From the NCBI GenBank assembly GCA_963815115.1, contig CAWFFN010000007.1, forward strand, positions 896,001-960,000: a stretch of DNA of 64,000 bases. The letters are read 5' to 3'. The number at the start of each line of letters is the position of its first letter. The stretch's first letter is position 1. This DNA is from an uncultured delta proteobacterium. GTDB taxonomy: Bacteria > Desulfobacterota > Binatia > DP-6. Of this stretch, positions 22,821 through 32,684 are shown in pieces. Both the position numbers and the translations under genes were made by a program. A model generated the notes under the pieces. It had not been told where the DNA came from and searched no databases. It saw only the letters and a program-made list of their open reading frames with translations.

Positions 22821-23392
22821 CGATGGCCGAGGAGCTTGCCGCAAGGCGGCGGGCGCGTTGCTGGGCCCCGAACGCCACCTTCGCCGCTCGACTGGCTGGC
22901 TTTGAGCGAGACCTTCAGGCCGTACTGGACCGCGTCCCGAACCTCACGGGTCGGCCCCGCACCCCCGCCACCCTACGCCTGACCCTCGACGACCTGGCCG
23001 CTCTTCTGCCGCCAGCCGAGGCGCGGCTGTTGGAGCACCTCCGTGCTCGACGGCCGCTCAAGGCCCTCGATGGCACGCCAGGATTCAGGACGAGGAGTCG
23101 GCGCAATGAGCGGCTCCAGCGGCTCCTGTCGCGCGTGACGGCGTACTGCGGGTCGACGGTGCGGTACGACGTGATGCAGCCGTACGACCGTCCCGGGCAT
23201 CGGCACCGGTCCCGACGCGGGCCCCGGCGTCGGATTAGGTCCGCTCCACGGACTCGCCCTGTCTGCGTGTGGGTGCCAGGGTACTTCCTCGCCGCCAACC
23301 GCGACTGGCTGAAACCGACCAGGAGGGTCGGGCGGAGGAGGTGGCTCCCGCCCTATGCTGCGGTTCTGCCCCCCGCTGAACGGGCTGCATGA
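22817..23392 (+). CDS. Hypothetical Arg-rich protein
   Basis: ATGA overlap with upstream ORF; no recognised motif. Confidence 0.45.
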   Translation: MTMAEELAARRRARCWAPNATFAARLAGFERDLQAVLDRVPNLTGRPRTPATLRLTLDDLAALLPPAEARLLEHLRARRPLKALDGTPGFRTRSRRNERLQRLLSRVTAYCGSTVRYDVMQPYDRPGHRHRSRRGPRRRIRSAPRTRPVCVWVPGYFLAANRDWLKPTRRVGRRRWLPPYAAVLPPAERAA

Positions 23393-23862
23393 ACGCCGCC
23401 ATGCCGCAGGCGGACGTCAGCGTTGTGGCGTCGGTCGCCCGAAGCAGAAACGTCGCATCGGCGGGCGTTTTTCGCGAGCTGTAGGGTCGCCCGTTCCTCT
23501 GTTCGAGGGGGAGGGGCGGGTGTCCAGGGGTAGGACTCCCGGTCGTGGCGGGGGGCGGTCAGCTTCGACCGGCTGTCGCGGTGCGCGCCGGCCGAGTGAC
23601 ACGAGTGACGTGCTACTAGTAACACCATGATCTAGCTGATCGACTAGCGGAAGTGGCCTGGGGCCCGCCACTCGCGTCACTCCCCCAGCCAGCCAGCTTC
23701 ACGCGGTCGGACGCCCAGAACCCCCTCCACGCCCTCGCATCGCCCGAGATCGCCGCTGCTGCAGCCGGCACGCCCGCGATCGACCAATAACTCACGATGG
23801 AACTGTAGACTGCGTTCGCACGCTGCGGGATCAACCCGCTCTCGCGCAGAAAGGTCATCATC

Positions 23863-24066
23863 GTGAACGAACCCCGAACCCCCACGGGCACCCGGCGCGT
23901 GTCGGTGAAGGAGGCCGCCGACCTGCTCGGCGTCTCGCGCCACACGTTGCGCCGCTGGCTGGCGCTCCGCCTGATCCCGTACCACCACTGCGGCCGCAGG
24001 GTCGTTCTCGACCCCCGCGATCTGGAGCACTTCCTCCAGGCCAACCGCGTCGAGGCGATCCGATGA
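23863..24066 (+). CDS. Excisionase-like HTH_17 protein
   Basis: VSVKEAADLLGVSRHTLRRW..IPYHHCGRRV; ATGA-coupled to the primase. Confidence 0.8.
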   Translation: MNEPRTPTGTRRVSVKEAADLLGVSRHTLRRWLALRLIPYHHCGRRVVLDPRDLEHFLQANRVEAIR

Positions 24067-26279
24067 CGCCGACCCAGAACACGTCTGTCGTCGAAGCGGC
24101 CTTGAACTTCAAGGCACGGGGCTAGAGCCCTGTCCCGCTGCCCATCGGCGAGAAGAAGCCCATCGGCTCCGCCTGGCAGAAGCAGCGCCTCACCGCAGAG
24201 CAGCTCCCGTCGTACTTCAACAACGGCACCCACAACGTCGGCGTACTGCTCGGCGAGCCCTCGAACAACCTGGTGGACATCGACCTCGACGTTTTCGAAG
24301 CCGTCCACCTGGCCGACGCCTTCCTTCCTGCGACCAGCTTCGTCTTCGGCCGGAAGAGCAACCCCCGGTCGCACCGGTTCTACCGGACGACGGCCCCCTG
24401 GAAGTCGCGGCAGTTCAAGGCCCCCGACGGCACGATGCTTGTCGAGTTGCGCTCGACCGGGATGCAGACCGTCGTGCCGCCGAGCATCCACCCGAGCGGC
24501 GAGCGCATCGAATTCGAACGGGACGGCGAGCCCGCCGAGGTCATGGGCGAGGACCTGGAACGGTCCGTATCGCGGGTGGCCGCCGCCAGCCTGATCGCGA
24601 GGCAATGGCCGAAGCAAGGGAGCCGGCACCAGGCCGCTCTCGCACTGGCTGGGGGACTGCTGCGTGCCGGGTGGACCGTCGAGGAGACGGTGGCCTTCGT
24701 GCGCGCCGTCGTCCAAGCAGCGGGAGACGAAGAGGTCGAGGATCGCGTCGAGGCGGTGATCTCGACGAGCACCCGCCTCGAAGAGGGCGGAGATGCTACC
24801 GGTTGGCCCCAGCTCGTCGAGCTGATCGGCACCCGCGTCGTGGACTGCGTCGCGAAGTGGTTGGGCATTCGACCGCGCACCCAGGCTTCATCACAGGTTA
24901 CGGGGGCCGACGGCGGCCAAGAAGGCGAGGCCCGAAGCGACTACGGCAACGCCCAACGGCTCGTCAGGCGGCACGGAGAGGATCTCCGCTACTGCCACGG
25001 GCGCGGGTGGTTCGTCTGGAACGGGAAGCGGTGGGTCGTGGATGACAGCGGCGAAGTCGTGCGGCGCGCCAAGGATACCGTCAAGGCGATGGTTGTCGAG
25101 GCTGCCGACCTCGGTGACGACGAGCGCATCCGGCTCCAGGAAGCACGCACTGGCATCCGAGGCCGCCGCCCGGATCAAGGCGATGATCTCGCTGGCCGAG
25201 TCGGAGGCGGCCGTGTCCGTGATCCCGGCCCAATTCGACGCCGATCCCTTCCTGTTCAACGCGATGAACGGCTCCATTGACCTCCGAGACAGGCGAACTG
25301 CGTCCACACCGCCGCGAGGACCTCGTCACGAAGCTCGCCCCCGTTGAGTACGACCCGGACGCGACGTGCCCCGAGTGGGAGTCGTTCCTCGTGACCGCCA
25401 CTGGAGGCGACCAGGAACTCATGGCGTACCTTCAGCGCGGCGTCGGCTACTGCCTGACCGGCGACACGTCGTGAGGAGAAGTTCTTCTTCGTCCACGGGC
25501 CCGGAGCGACCGGGAAAACGACTCTCGCCGAGGCCGTGAAGGCGATGATGGGCGACTACGCGATGACAGCAGACTTCGAGGCGTTTCTCGCCCGCCCCAA
25601 CCCGAGTGGTGCCCGCAACGACATCGCCCGGCTCCAGGGTGCACGTCTGGTCACGGCCGCCGAGGTGGAGGATGGCAGGGAACTCTCGCACAGCCTCATC
25701 AAGCAGATGACGGGGCGCGACAAGGTGACCGCACGGTATCTCTACCGCGAGCACTTCGAATTCGTGCCGCAGTGCAAGATCCTCCTCGTCGCGAACCACG
25801 CGCCCCGCGTCCAGGCCAGCGACGCTGCGATGTGGCGGCGCATCGCGCGCGTCCCGTTCCTGCAGGTCCTGGCCCCGACCGAACGGGATCCCCACCTGAA
25901 GGAGGTGCTGTGCGATCCGGCGCGCGGCGGCCCTGCCGTGCTGGCGTGGGCCGTGAAGGGGTGCATCGCCTGGCAGGCGACCGGCCTCACGAGCTGCGCC
26001 GCCGTAGACGAGGCGACGGCCGGCTATCGCGCCGAGATGGATACGGTCCAGCGGTTCATCGACGACTGCTGCGTTGTCGAGCCGAGGGCGAGGGTCCCCT
26101 TCGGCGCGCTGTACCTGCGCTACACGCGGTGGTGCGACGACGAGGGAGTGGCTCCCCTCGGCAAGGGCAAGTTCGCCGCCGACCTTGAAACTCGCGGGTT
26201 CGAGTCGGCGGTGGGAACAGGCGGTGTGAAGTATCGGCGGGGCATCGGCCTTCGCGCAGCTCAGTCGGAGGTTGCGTAG
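24063..26279 (+). pseudogene. Prim-Pol plus P4/D5-type primase-helicase, disrupted
   Basis: NVGVLLG..LVDIDLD, QTVVPPSIHPSG, SDYGNAQRL, GPGATGKTT, DDCC; TAG at 24123 and frame changes near 25140, 25285 and 25472. Confidence 0.85.
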
Positions 26280-26594
26280 TGACGCTGACCAAGGACCAGA
26301 CGCTGCCGAGCGGCCACTACCGACACGACGACCTGCACACCGGCCGAGAGTCATGCGCGGCCGGCGAGGCCGTGCCCAGAGAGACGCATCGACCCGACTC
26401 TCGCAACCTCCGCCGTGCTCCCTGCTCCATCTGCGGGCACGAGAACTCACCGGATGCCCGGCCGGCGTCTGCCAGGTCTGCGACGCGCCCCGGCATCGGC
26501 ACGGCTACGACACCTGGGACGAGTACCAGTTGGACTTGGAACCAAGGGATCGGGGATCGTCGCAGCCGCCCACCGGAGCGGGCGCTCGGACAAC

Positions 26595-27077
26595 ATGACA
26601 AATCCCCCCGCCCAGATATCGAGCCCGCAATCCGACTGTGCAGCCTCCGAAGGCCGCCAGCCCGACATCGTGCTCGCCGCCGAGAGCTTCCCGATCGAGG
26701 GCACGGAGGTCTTGCATGCCGTCAGCCGGGAAAACGAGAGCGCCGACCATGGGACCCGTCCCACGCGACGGAGAACCTGTCGTGGCCGCACCTCGAAGAC
26801 AAAGAACGCCAAGAGAAGGGCCGCTTGCGGGGCCAGCACCCATCAAGGCCGTCAACGCGACGCCGTCGATGACGGCACACCTGGTGGAACGCTCGACCCG
26901 CTACTCGATGTGTACCAGGTGGCCGCACTCCTCGGCGTACAGCCCACGACTGTCTATCAGTGGGCGTACCAGCGACGGATCGCCAAGGTGAAGATCGGGG
27001 CGCTGCTCCGCTTCCGCCAGAGCACCATCCGCCGTCTCATCGACGACGGCGAACGACCGGCCCTCAAGCCGGCTTGA
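26595..27077 (+). CDS. Protein with C-terminal excisionase-like HTH
   Basis: LLDVYQVAALLGVQPTTVYQW..KVKIGALLRF; true start uncertain. Confidence 0.65.
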   Translation: MTNPPAQISSPQSDCAASEGRQPDIVLAAESFPIEGTEVLHAVSRENESADHGTRPTRRRTCRGRTSKTKNAKRRAACGASTHQGRQRDAVDDGTPGGTLDPLLDVYQVAALLGVQPTTVYQWAYQRRIAKVKIGALLRFRQSTIRRLIDDGERPALKPA

Positions 27078-27307
27078 CCGGCTGATAACGTAATGGTTAT
27101 CATCCGAGCAAGCGATGAACTCGATCAAGGAGGTGCGAAGACGGCTCGGCCTGAGCCTGGCGGACGTGGCGGCGCGGTGCGGTCTTCACCGGGAAGCGGT
27201 CGCCAGAGCAGAGCGAGAGGGAACAGATGTTCGAGCCTCGACACTCCTCGCCATTGCGAAGGCGCTAGCGGCGCGTGTCAATGAGATGAGAGAGGGGCAT
27301 GGTGAAA

Positions 27308-28450
27308 TTACTGTCCCGCCGCGACGTCGAGCTCCGCGAGCAGGAGGTCGTCCGCAGCCACGAGCATCGAGACTGGGGGGGTACCTGGACCTTGGACCGG
27401 CTCCGTTGCGGGCGTCTGCGGGGCTCTGAGCGCGACGTTTCTTCGCGATCGCGGGCTCGGAACGCCATTGCGGTCGAGGGCCGGCGGATTGATCCACACT
27501 TCCGTCGGGGGCTGTTGCACCCGCGGTGTCTTCCCCTTGAAGCGTTCGGGATGAGCCGCGAATGCCGCCGCGAGCGTTTCCCCCCGTCGTGCCACGATCG
27601 CCAGGGCCGTCCCGCTGTGCACGCTCACCGGCGTCAGGAACCCGATCCCGCTGTGCCGATGCTCTTCGTTGTACCAGGGGAAGAATCGCCGCAGGAATCC
27701 CAGGGCGTCCTGCTGCGACCCGAATCGCTCGGGAAACTCCGGACGCGACTTCAACGTGCGAAACTGCGACTCCGAAAACGGATTGTCGTTGCTGGTGTAC
27801 GGTCGCGTCAGGCTCCGCGTGATCGACAGGTCGGCCAACAGCTGGCCCACCGTCTTCGACGTCATCGCCGGCCCGCGGTCGGAGTGCAGCGTCAGGACCG
27901 CCTCCGCGATCCCCTCCTTCTCGCAGCTCTCCTTGATCAAGCGGCGCGCCAACGTCGCCGACTCTCGATCCGCCAAGAGCCACCCCACCACGTAGCGGCT
28001 GAAGATGTCGAGCAGCACGTAGAGGTAGAAGTACGTCCACTTCGCCGGCCCCTTGAGCTTCGTGATGTCCCACGACCACACCTGGTTCGGTCCCGTCGCC
28101 AGGAGCTCGGGCCGCGTCGCCACCGGGTGGCGCAGCTGGTTGCGCCGCTCGCGGACTTCCCCGTGCCGATCGAGAATCCGGTACATCGTCCGCAGCGAGC
28201 AGTGGTAGGTTCCCTCCTCGAGCAACGTCGCGTACACCTCCGCCGGAGCCTGGTCGATGAACCGTTCCGAATGCAGCACGTCGAGAACGGCAGCCTCCTC
28301 GACCTCGGACAATGCCAGCGGCGGCCGCGATCGAACCGCCGTCTCCGAACATGGTCGCCGCCACCGGTAAAAACTTGCCGGGGCCACGCCCAACGCCCCA
28401 CAGGCGGCCTGGACCCCCACGGCGTCGGCCAACGTCTGCGCCGTCGCCAT
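27308..28450 (-). CDS. IS3-family transposase OrfB (rve DDE)
   Basis: PNQVWSWDIT, LDIFSRYVVGW, LHSDRG, DNPFSESQFRTLK, WYNEEHRHS. Confidence 0.92.
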   Translation of the reverse strand: MATAQTLADAVGVQAACGALGVAPASFYRWRRPCSETAVRSRPPLALSEVEEAAVLDVLHSERFIDQAPAEVYATLLEEGTYHCSLRTMYRILDRHGEVRERRNQLRHPVATRPELLATGPNQVWSWDITKLKGPAKWTYFYLYVLLDIFSRYVVGWLLADRESATLARRLIKESCEKEGIAEAVLTLHSDRGPAMTSKTVGQLLADLSITRSLTRPYTSNDNPFSESQFRTLKSRPEFPERFGSQQDALGFLRRFFPWYNEEHRHSGIGFLTPVSVHSGTALAIVARRGETLAAAFAAHPERFKGKTPRVQQPPTEVWINPPALDRNGVPSPRSRRNVALRAPQTPATEPVQGPGTPPVSMLVAADDLLLAELDVAAGQ

Positions 28451-28929
28451 CAGCTCCCGACCTCCTCGTCGCTCGGCGGCAGCCCCAGCAACTGTGAGAC
28501 TTTTTTTTGAACGTCGATGATCACGTGCGCCTTGCGCAGCTCCTCCCGCAGCCGCGCGTTCTCCCGCTCCATCCCGGCGAGTCGCTTCGCCAACGGATGC
28601 GCCACCGCCTTGCGCCCGCGCGCGTGCCCCGCCAGCCCGACCAACGCCCCCGCCTCGCGCTGCTGACGCCACACGCTCAGATGCGACGTGTAGAGCCCCT
28701 CGCGTCGCAGCAGCGCCCCGATCTCCCCCGGCTCGCGACACCCGTCGGCCTCGGCCAGGAGCTGTCGCTTGTACTCGGCCGTGAACCGGCGCCGCTGCGC
28801 CTTCGCCGGAACCTCCGGATCCTTGCGGCCCGTCGGCGCCGGCGCGCCCGCAACTTCAGTCGCCCTACGGGCTCCTTCCGTTCCGGGCGCGCTTCCTGAT
28901 CCCCCGCCATCCCTCACCTTCACTCCCAC
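28450..28929 (-). CDS. IS3-family OrfA (HTH)
   Basis: RRRFTAEYK..IGALLRREGLY..IIDVQKKV; A8G run at 28500-28508 is a candidate -1 frameshift site. Confidence 0.85.
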   Translation of the reverse strand: MGVKVRDGGGSGSAPGTEGARRATEVAGAPAPTGRKDPEVPAKAQRRRFTAEYKRQLLAEADGCREPGEIGALLRREGLYTSHLSVWRQQREAGALVGLAGHARGRKAVAHPLAKRLAGMERENARLREELRKAHVIIDVQKKVSQLLGLPPSDEEVGS

Positions 28930-29046
28930 CTCGCTCGCCTTCCTCCGTCCCCTCGTACACTAAATTCGGATCGCCTCCTCTCTCACGTTCATTGGCACAG
29001 GGGGTAGGCGTGCCCGTGTGCGAATTGTACGGAGAAGCGGGACGAC

Positions 29047-30252
29047 ATGAGCGACGAGAAGCGAAGCGATCGCACCGCTAAGCGGGAGCGGGGCATCTAC
29101 GAGCGCGAGCCGGGTTCGGGCGTTTGGTCGATCCGCTACGCCGACGAGAACGGCACCATCCACCGGGAGGTGGTCGGTCCGAAGGGCCTGGCCCGGAAGG
29201 TCTACCAGAAGCGCAAGAACGAGGTGCACGAGCGTCGCTTCTTCCCCGAGCGCATCGGCCGTCGCGACGTCCTCTTCGCCGTGATGGTCGATGACTACCT
29301 CAGCCGCGTGAAAGGCCGCCTACGCTGCTACCGGGAGTACGAGCGGTACGGCCGCTACTGGAAGGCCGCCCTACCCGGCCGCAGCCTGCGACAGATCCTC
29401 CCCGGCGACATCGAGCGATATGTCGCTCAGCGCGCCCGCGACGTCGCCCCCGCCACTGTCAACCGAGAGCTGCAGTTCCTGAAGCACCTCTTCAACGTCG
29501 CCATCGCCGACGGTAAGGCAGAAACGAACCCCGTCAAGGCCGTCAAGCTCTTCAGGGAGAACAACCAGCGGGTGCGCTTCCTCACAGACGACGAGGAGAG
29601 CGCCCTCCGTCAAGCCATCGGTGAGGTCGAGTGGCCGATGGTGGCCTTGGCCATCCATACCGGCCTGCGCCAAGCCGAGCAGTTCAAACTCCGCTGGGAT
29701 CATGTGGACTTCAAAACCGGCATCATCACGATCCCTCGTTCGAAACATGGCGAGGCAAGGCGCGTTCCCATGAACGACACGGTCCGGGATATCCTCCGAT
29801 CCCGCCAGAGCCGCCTGAAGAGTCCCTATGTGTTCCCCAGCGCCACTGGCGAGACACCCCTCGACGCACGCAACTACATGAACCGAGTCTTCAACAAGGC
29901 GCTGAAGCGCGCGAAGGTCGAGAACTTCACCTGGCACTGCCTGCGGCACACCTTCGCAAGCCGCCTGGTCATGAAGGGCGTCGATCTCCGCACGGTGCAG
30001 GAGCTGACGGGCCACAAGACGATGACCATGACGCTCCGTTACTCGCACCTGTCGCCCGGGCACCAGCTCGACGCCGTCCAGCGCCTGAACGCAGCACCAA
30101 CTGACACCAGAACTGACACCGACGTGCAGCCCATGCAGGCGGTCGGCGGACCGAAGGCAGAAATCGTAGACGGGCCGTGGATTTCCGAGCGCGCCCGGCC
30201 CGATTCGAACGGGCGACCTGCAGGTTCGAAGCCTGACGCTCTATCCAGCTGA
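29047..30252 (+). CDS. Tyrosine integrase
   Basis: PATVNREL, HTGLR, SKHG, HCLRHTFASRL, LTGH, RYSH; adjacent to tRNA att. Confidence 0.93.
   Translation: MSDEKRSDRTAKRERGIYEREPGSGVWSIRYADENGTIHREVVGPKGLARKVYQKRKNEVHERRFFPERIGRRDVLFAVMVDDYLSRVKGRLRCYREYERYGRYWKAALPGRSLRQILPGDIERYVAQRARDVAPATVNRELQFLKHLFNVAIADGKAETNPVKAVKLFRENNQRVRFLTDDEESALRQAIGEVEWPMVALAIHTGLRQAEQFKLRWDHVDFKTGIITIPRSKHGEARRVPMNDTVRDILRSRQSRLKSPYVFPSATGETPLDARNYMNRVFNKALKRAKVENFTWHCLRHTFASRLVMKGVDLRTVQELTGHKTMTMTLRYSHLSPGHQLDAVQRLNAAPTDTRTDTDVQPMQAVGGPKAEIVDGPWISERARPDSNGRPAGSKPDALSS
30100..30121 (+). repeat. Putative integrase arm-type site (right)
   Basis: Identical 22-mer to 18744-18765. Confidence 0.75.
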
Positions 30253-30263
30253 GCTACGGGCGC
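30190..30263 (-). tRNA. tRNA-Arg (anticodon UCG), CCA not encoded
   Basis: Cloverleaf GCGCCCG-TA-GCTC..GAGC-G-TCAGG-CTTCGAA-CCTGC-AGGTC-GCCCG-TTCGAAT-CGGGC-CGGGCGC-G; one anticodon-stem mismatch. Confidence 0.93.
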
Positions 30264-30510
30264 AGTGAAGCCGGACGCGGACTTAGCTCGACGCGCCGTC
30301 GCTCGCAACTGCCGCTGTGCAGGAAGCCCTCACCCCCCGCCATCGGCTGCGTCCAGCCATGAGATGGTCGCCGTCTTCCATGCTTCCAAGGTCGATCCAC
30401 CCCTCCGTGGCCTTCGGACCGCGGTCGTCCGGATGGCGTCAACCTGGAGGGGAAGCATGAAGGAACACGCAACCCCCGGCCCTTCGCCTTACCGGGATTC
30501 CCTTCGTGCT

Positions 30511-31089
30511 CTACTCGGCACTCGCGCTCAAGTAATTGCGAACCAATTTAATGTAGAAGTGCAACGACTGAATTGTCACCGTTCCTGATGCTGCCGTATC
30601 AGGCAATGGATCGTCGAGGAAGCCCGAGAAGGACCCGCGTACCCAGTCACCTTCGATCGATTCGATGTGTACGGTGACACTAGGTGGACTCGTCAGTGCA
30701 AGACTCGCGTTCCATATTTTCCTCGGGGGCTTGCTCTCGCTGTAGCTCGCCAGCCCGCACGCGAGGTCCTGTGGGGGATGCAGCGGCTGTCCGTTGAAAT
30801 CCGTGCAGCCGAAGAAGAAGAGCTTGAAGTTATGCTTCGCATGACGATGCCTGCTCGGCCCGACTGCTTCGCCGATCAAACCGGTGAAGTCGAAGTCGAG
30901 CCCCGGCGACGGCCCGAGCAAGTCCACGTCCACGTAGTGGTCGATACCATCTGGCGAAGGCACCTGCGGTGCATTGAACTTCTTCCCATTGATGACACCG
31001 AACATTCCTGCTCGTTGACCTCGCTGAGGCTTGGCCGCCGAAGGTCCAACCAGAACACAGAGTACGAACAGGGCACTCAGGTATCGCAT
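30511..31089 (-). CDS. Secreted hypothetical protein
   Basis: Signal peptide MRYLSALFVLCVLVGPSAA; lower GC than flanks. Confidence 0.6.
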   Translation of the reverse strand: MRYLSALFVLCVLVGPSAAKPQRGQRAGMFGVINGKKFNAPQVPSPDGIDHYVDVDLLGPSPGLDFDFTGLIGEAVGPSRHRHAKHNFKLFFFGCTDFNGQPLHPPQDLACGLASYSESKPPRKIWNASLALTSPPSVTVHIESIEGDWVRGSFSGFLDDPLPDTAASGTVTIQSLHFYIKLVRNYLSASAE

Positions 31090-31466
31090 TACACTCCTCG
31101 GTTGCTGTGACCTAGTAGAGGACTCACGCATCGCGGGCTGCCGAGGCTGCTGATCCACGTATCTCGTCCGCGCTAGCCGAGTCCTCCCCAGCCTGTCATC
31201 TTTCACGGCTGACTAGACTCATCCCATACGGCCGGACCTGCAGTCAAGGAAAGCTGACGCCCGAGGCGAGGACGAGCGTCGCGCAGGGTCCCTGGTGTGA
31301 GCGTCCTGTGGAAGCCTCCGCCCAGGCCCCCCGACCCCGCAGGACCGCGAGGGGCGAGCGAGGATGAGGCATGAGCGCGTGACCTGCTGGCTCATCGACC
31401 GCCCCCTCGTGGACTCGCCCTCGCGATCCTGGCAACGCTCGAGTTCTGGATGCGACGCGGCTCGTG

Positions 31467-32006
31467 ATGAAGGTGCTCGCAGTCTCGGGGAGCCCGAGGG
31501 CCGGGTCCTCGAATGCAGCCCTCCTGCGCGCCGCAGCAGCCCTCGCGCCCGCGGGCACGGACGTCACCTTCTATGACGATCGGCTGGGCGCCCTGCCCAT
31601 GTTCACGCCCGACCTCGACGGCGAGGGCGCCGTCCCACCACCGGCCGTCGCGGAGCTGCGCGCGCTCCTGCGTGCCGCAGATGGCATCATCATCTCCAGC
31701 CCGGAGTACGCACACGGCGTGCCCGGTGCACTGAAGAACGCGCTCGACTGGATCGTCTCGAGCGGCGAGCTCGAGGGCAAGCCGGTCGTGCTGGTCGTGG
31801 CATCACCGAGCGGCGGGCAGTGGGCGCAATCGTCGCTCACCCCGACGCTCGAGGTGATGGGAGCGAGGCTCGTCGTCAACCTCGCCGTGACGTTCACGCG
31901 CGCGCAGATCGACGCCGCAGGCACCCTGCTGGACCGCGACCTGGCGGAGACCCTGCGGACGAGTCTCCAGGCGCTCGCCGCAGCGATCGGCCCTGCCGGA
32001 GCGTGA
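31467..32006 (+). CDS. NADPH-dependent FMN reductase
   Basis: SGSPRAGSSN, SPEYAHGVPGALKNALDW. Confidence 0.9.
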   Translation: MKVLAVSGSPRAGSSNAALLRAAAALAPAGTDVTFYDDRLGALPMFTPDLDGEGAVPPPAVAELRALLRAADGIIISSPEYAHGVPGALKNALDWIVSSGELEGKPVVLVVASPSGGQWAQSSLTPTLEVMGARLVVNLAVTFTRAQIDAAGTLLDRDLAETLRTSLQALAAAIGPAGA

Positions 32007-32101
32007 TCCAGGGGACCCCGTGCTGGGGTCCAGAGACGCAATCCGTTTCACCCGGCGCGGGGTAGAGCTTTTCGACGGCTCTCTGCCGCACGGAGGTGAC
32101 G

Positions 32102-32656
32102 ATGAAACGACTCTGGACCTGGCTCCTCGACCCGCCGCTGACCGCGCCGCCCGCGACCATCCTGATCCGCCTGATGGCGGGCGGGGTCTTCCTCTGGGAG
32201 GGCGTGCTGAAGTTCGTCTACGCCAATCAAGGCGTCGGACGGTTCACCAAGCTCGCGATGCCGTTTCCGGCCTTCACGGCGACGTTCGTGGGCGGCCTCG
32301 AGATCGTCGGCGGCATCCTGTTGATCCTCGGCCTCGGCACCCGGCTCATCACGATCCCGTTCGTGCTCGAGATGATCGTCGCCATGCTCTCCACCAAGCC
32401 CGGTCTCTTCCAGGCCACGTCACCGCTACCCCTGCCCCCCTCGCCGCCGCAGATCGGGATCTGGGCCGTCCTGCACGAGATCCGATCGGAGTATGCGCAA
32501 CTGATGAGCTGTCTGTTCCTTCTCGTCGCGGGCCCCGGCCGATGGTCGCTCGACGCGCGGCTGCGCACCGCCTCGTGGCGTGCGCCGGTAGGGACAGCGC
32601 GCGTGGAGGACGCGAGCGAACGCACCGCCGCCCGACCCCGGGCGGTCGGGCAGTGA
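32102..32656 (+). CDS. DoxX family membrane protein
   Basis: IRLMAGGVFLWEG, EIVGGILLILGLGTR, GPGRWSLD. Confidence 0.88.
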   Translation: MKRLWTWLLDPPLTAPPATILIRLMAGGVFLWEGVLKFVYANQGVGRFTKLAMPFPAFTATFVGGLEIVGGILLILGLGTRLITIPFVLEMIVAMLSTKPGLFQATSPLPLPPSPPQIGIWAVLHEIRSEYAQLMSCLFLLVAGPGRWSLDARLRTASWRAPVGTARVEDASERTAARPRAVGQ

Positions 32657-32684
32657 GTGCGAACCTCGATCGGATCCCGGCAAC

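Larger units (their letters stand above)
27269..29004 (-). mobile_element. IS3-family insertion sequence
   Basis: TAG duplicated at 27266-68 and 29005-07; subterminal IRs TGTCAATGAGATGAGAGAGG / TGCCAATGAACGTGAGAGAGG; orfA plus DDE orfB. Confidence 0.88.
27115..29081 (+). pseudogene. XRE-family HTH regulator split by the IS
   Basis: IKEVRRRLGLSLADVA..LLAIAKAL (27115-27267) rejoins GVPVCELYGE..* (stop at 29079-29081) when the IS and one TAG are removed. Confidence 0.8.
18564..30233. mobile_element. Integrative satellite-like element in tRNA-Arg(UCG)
   Basis: 51-bp direct repeats at both ends; integrase, xis-like HTHs, primase/helicase; no capsid or conjugation genes recognised. Confidence 0.88.

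Noticed and set aside
25472-25474. TGA in the primase as a possible Sec or read-through codon
   Set aside because: Homology-like sequence (EEKFFFVHGPGATGKT) resumes in a different frame, so this is a frameshift.
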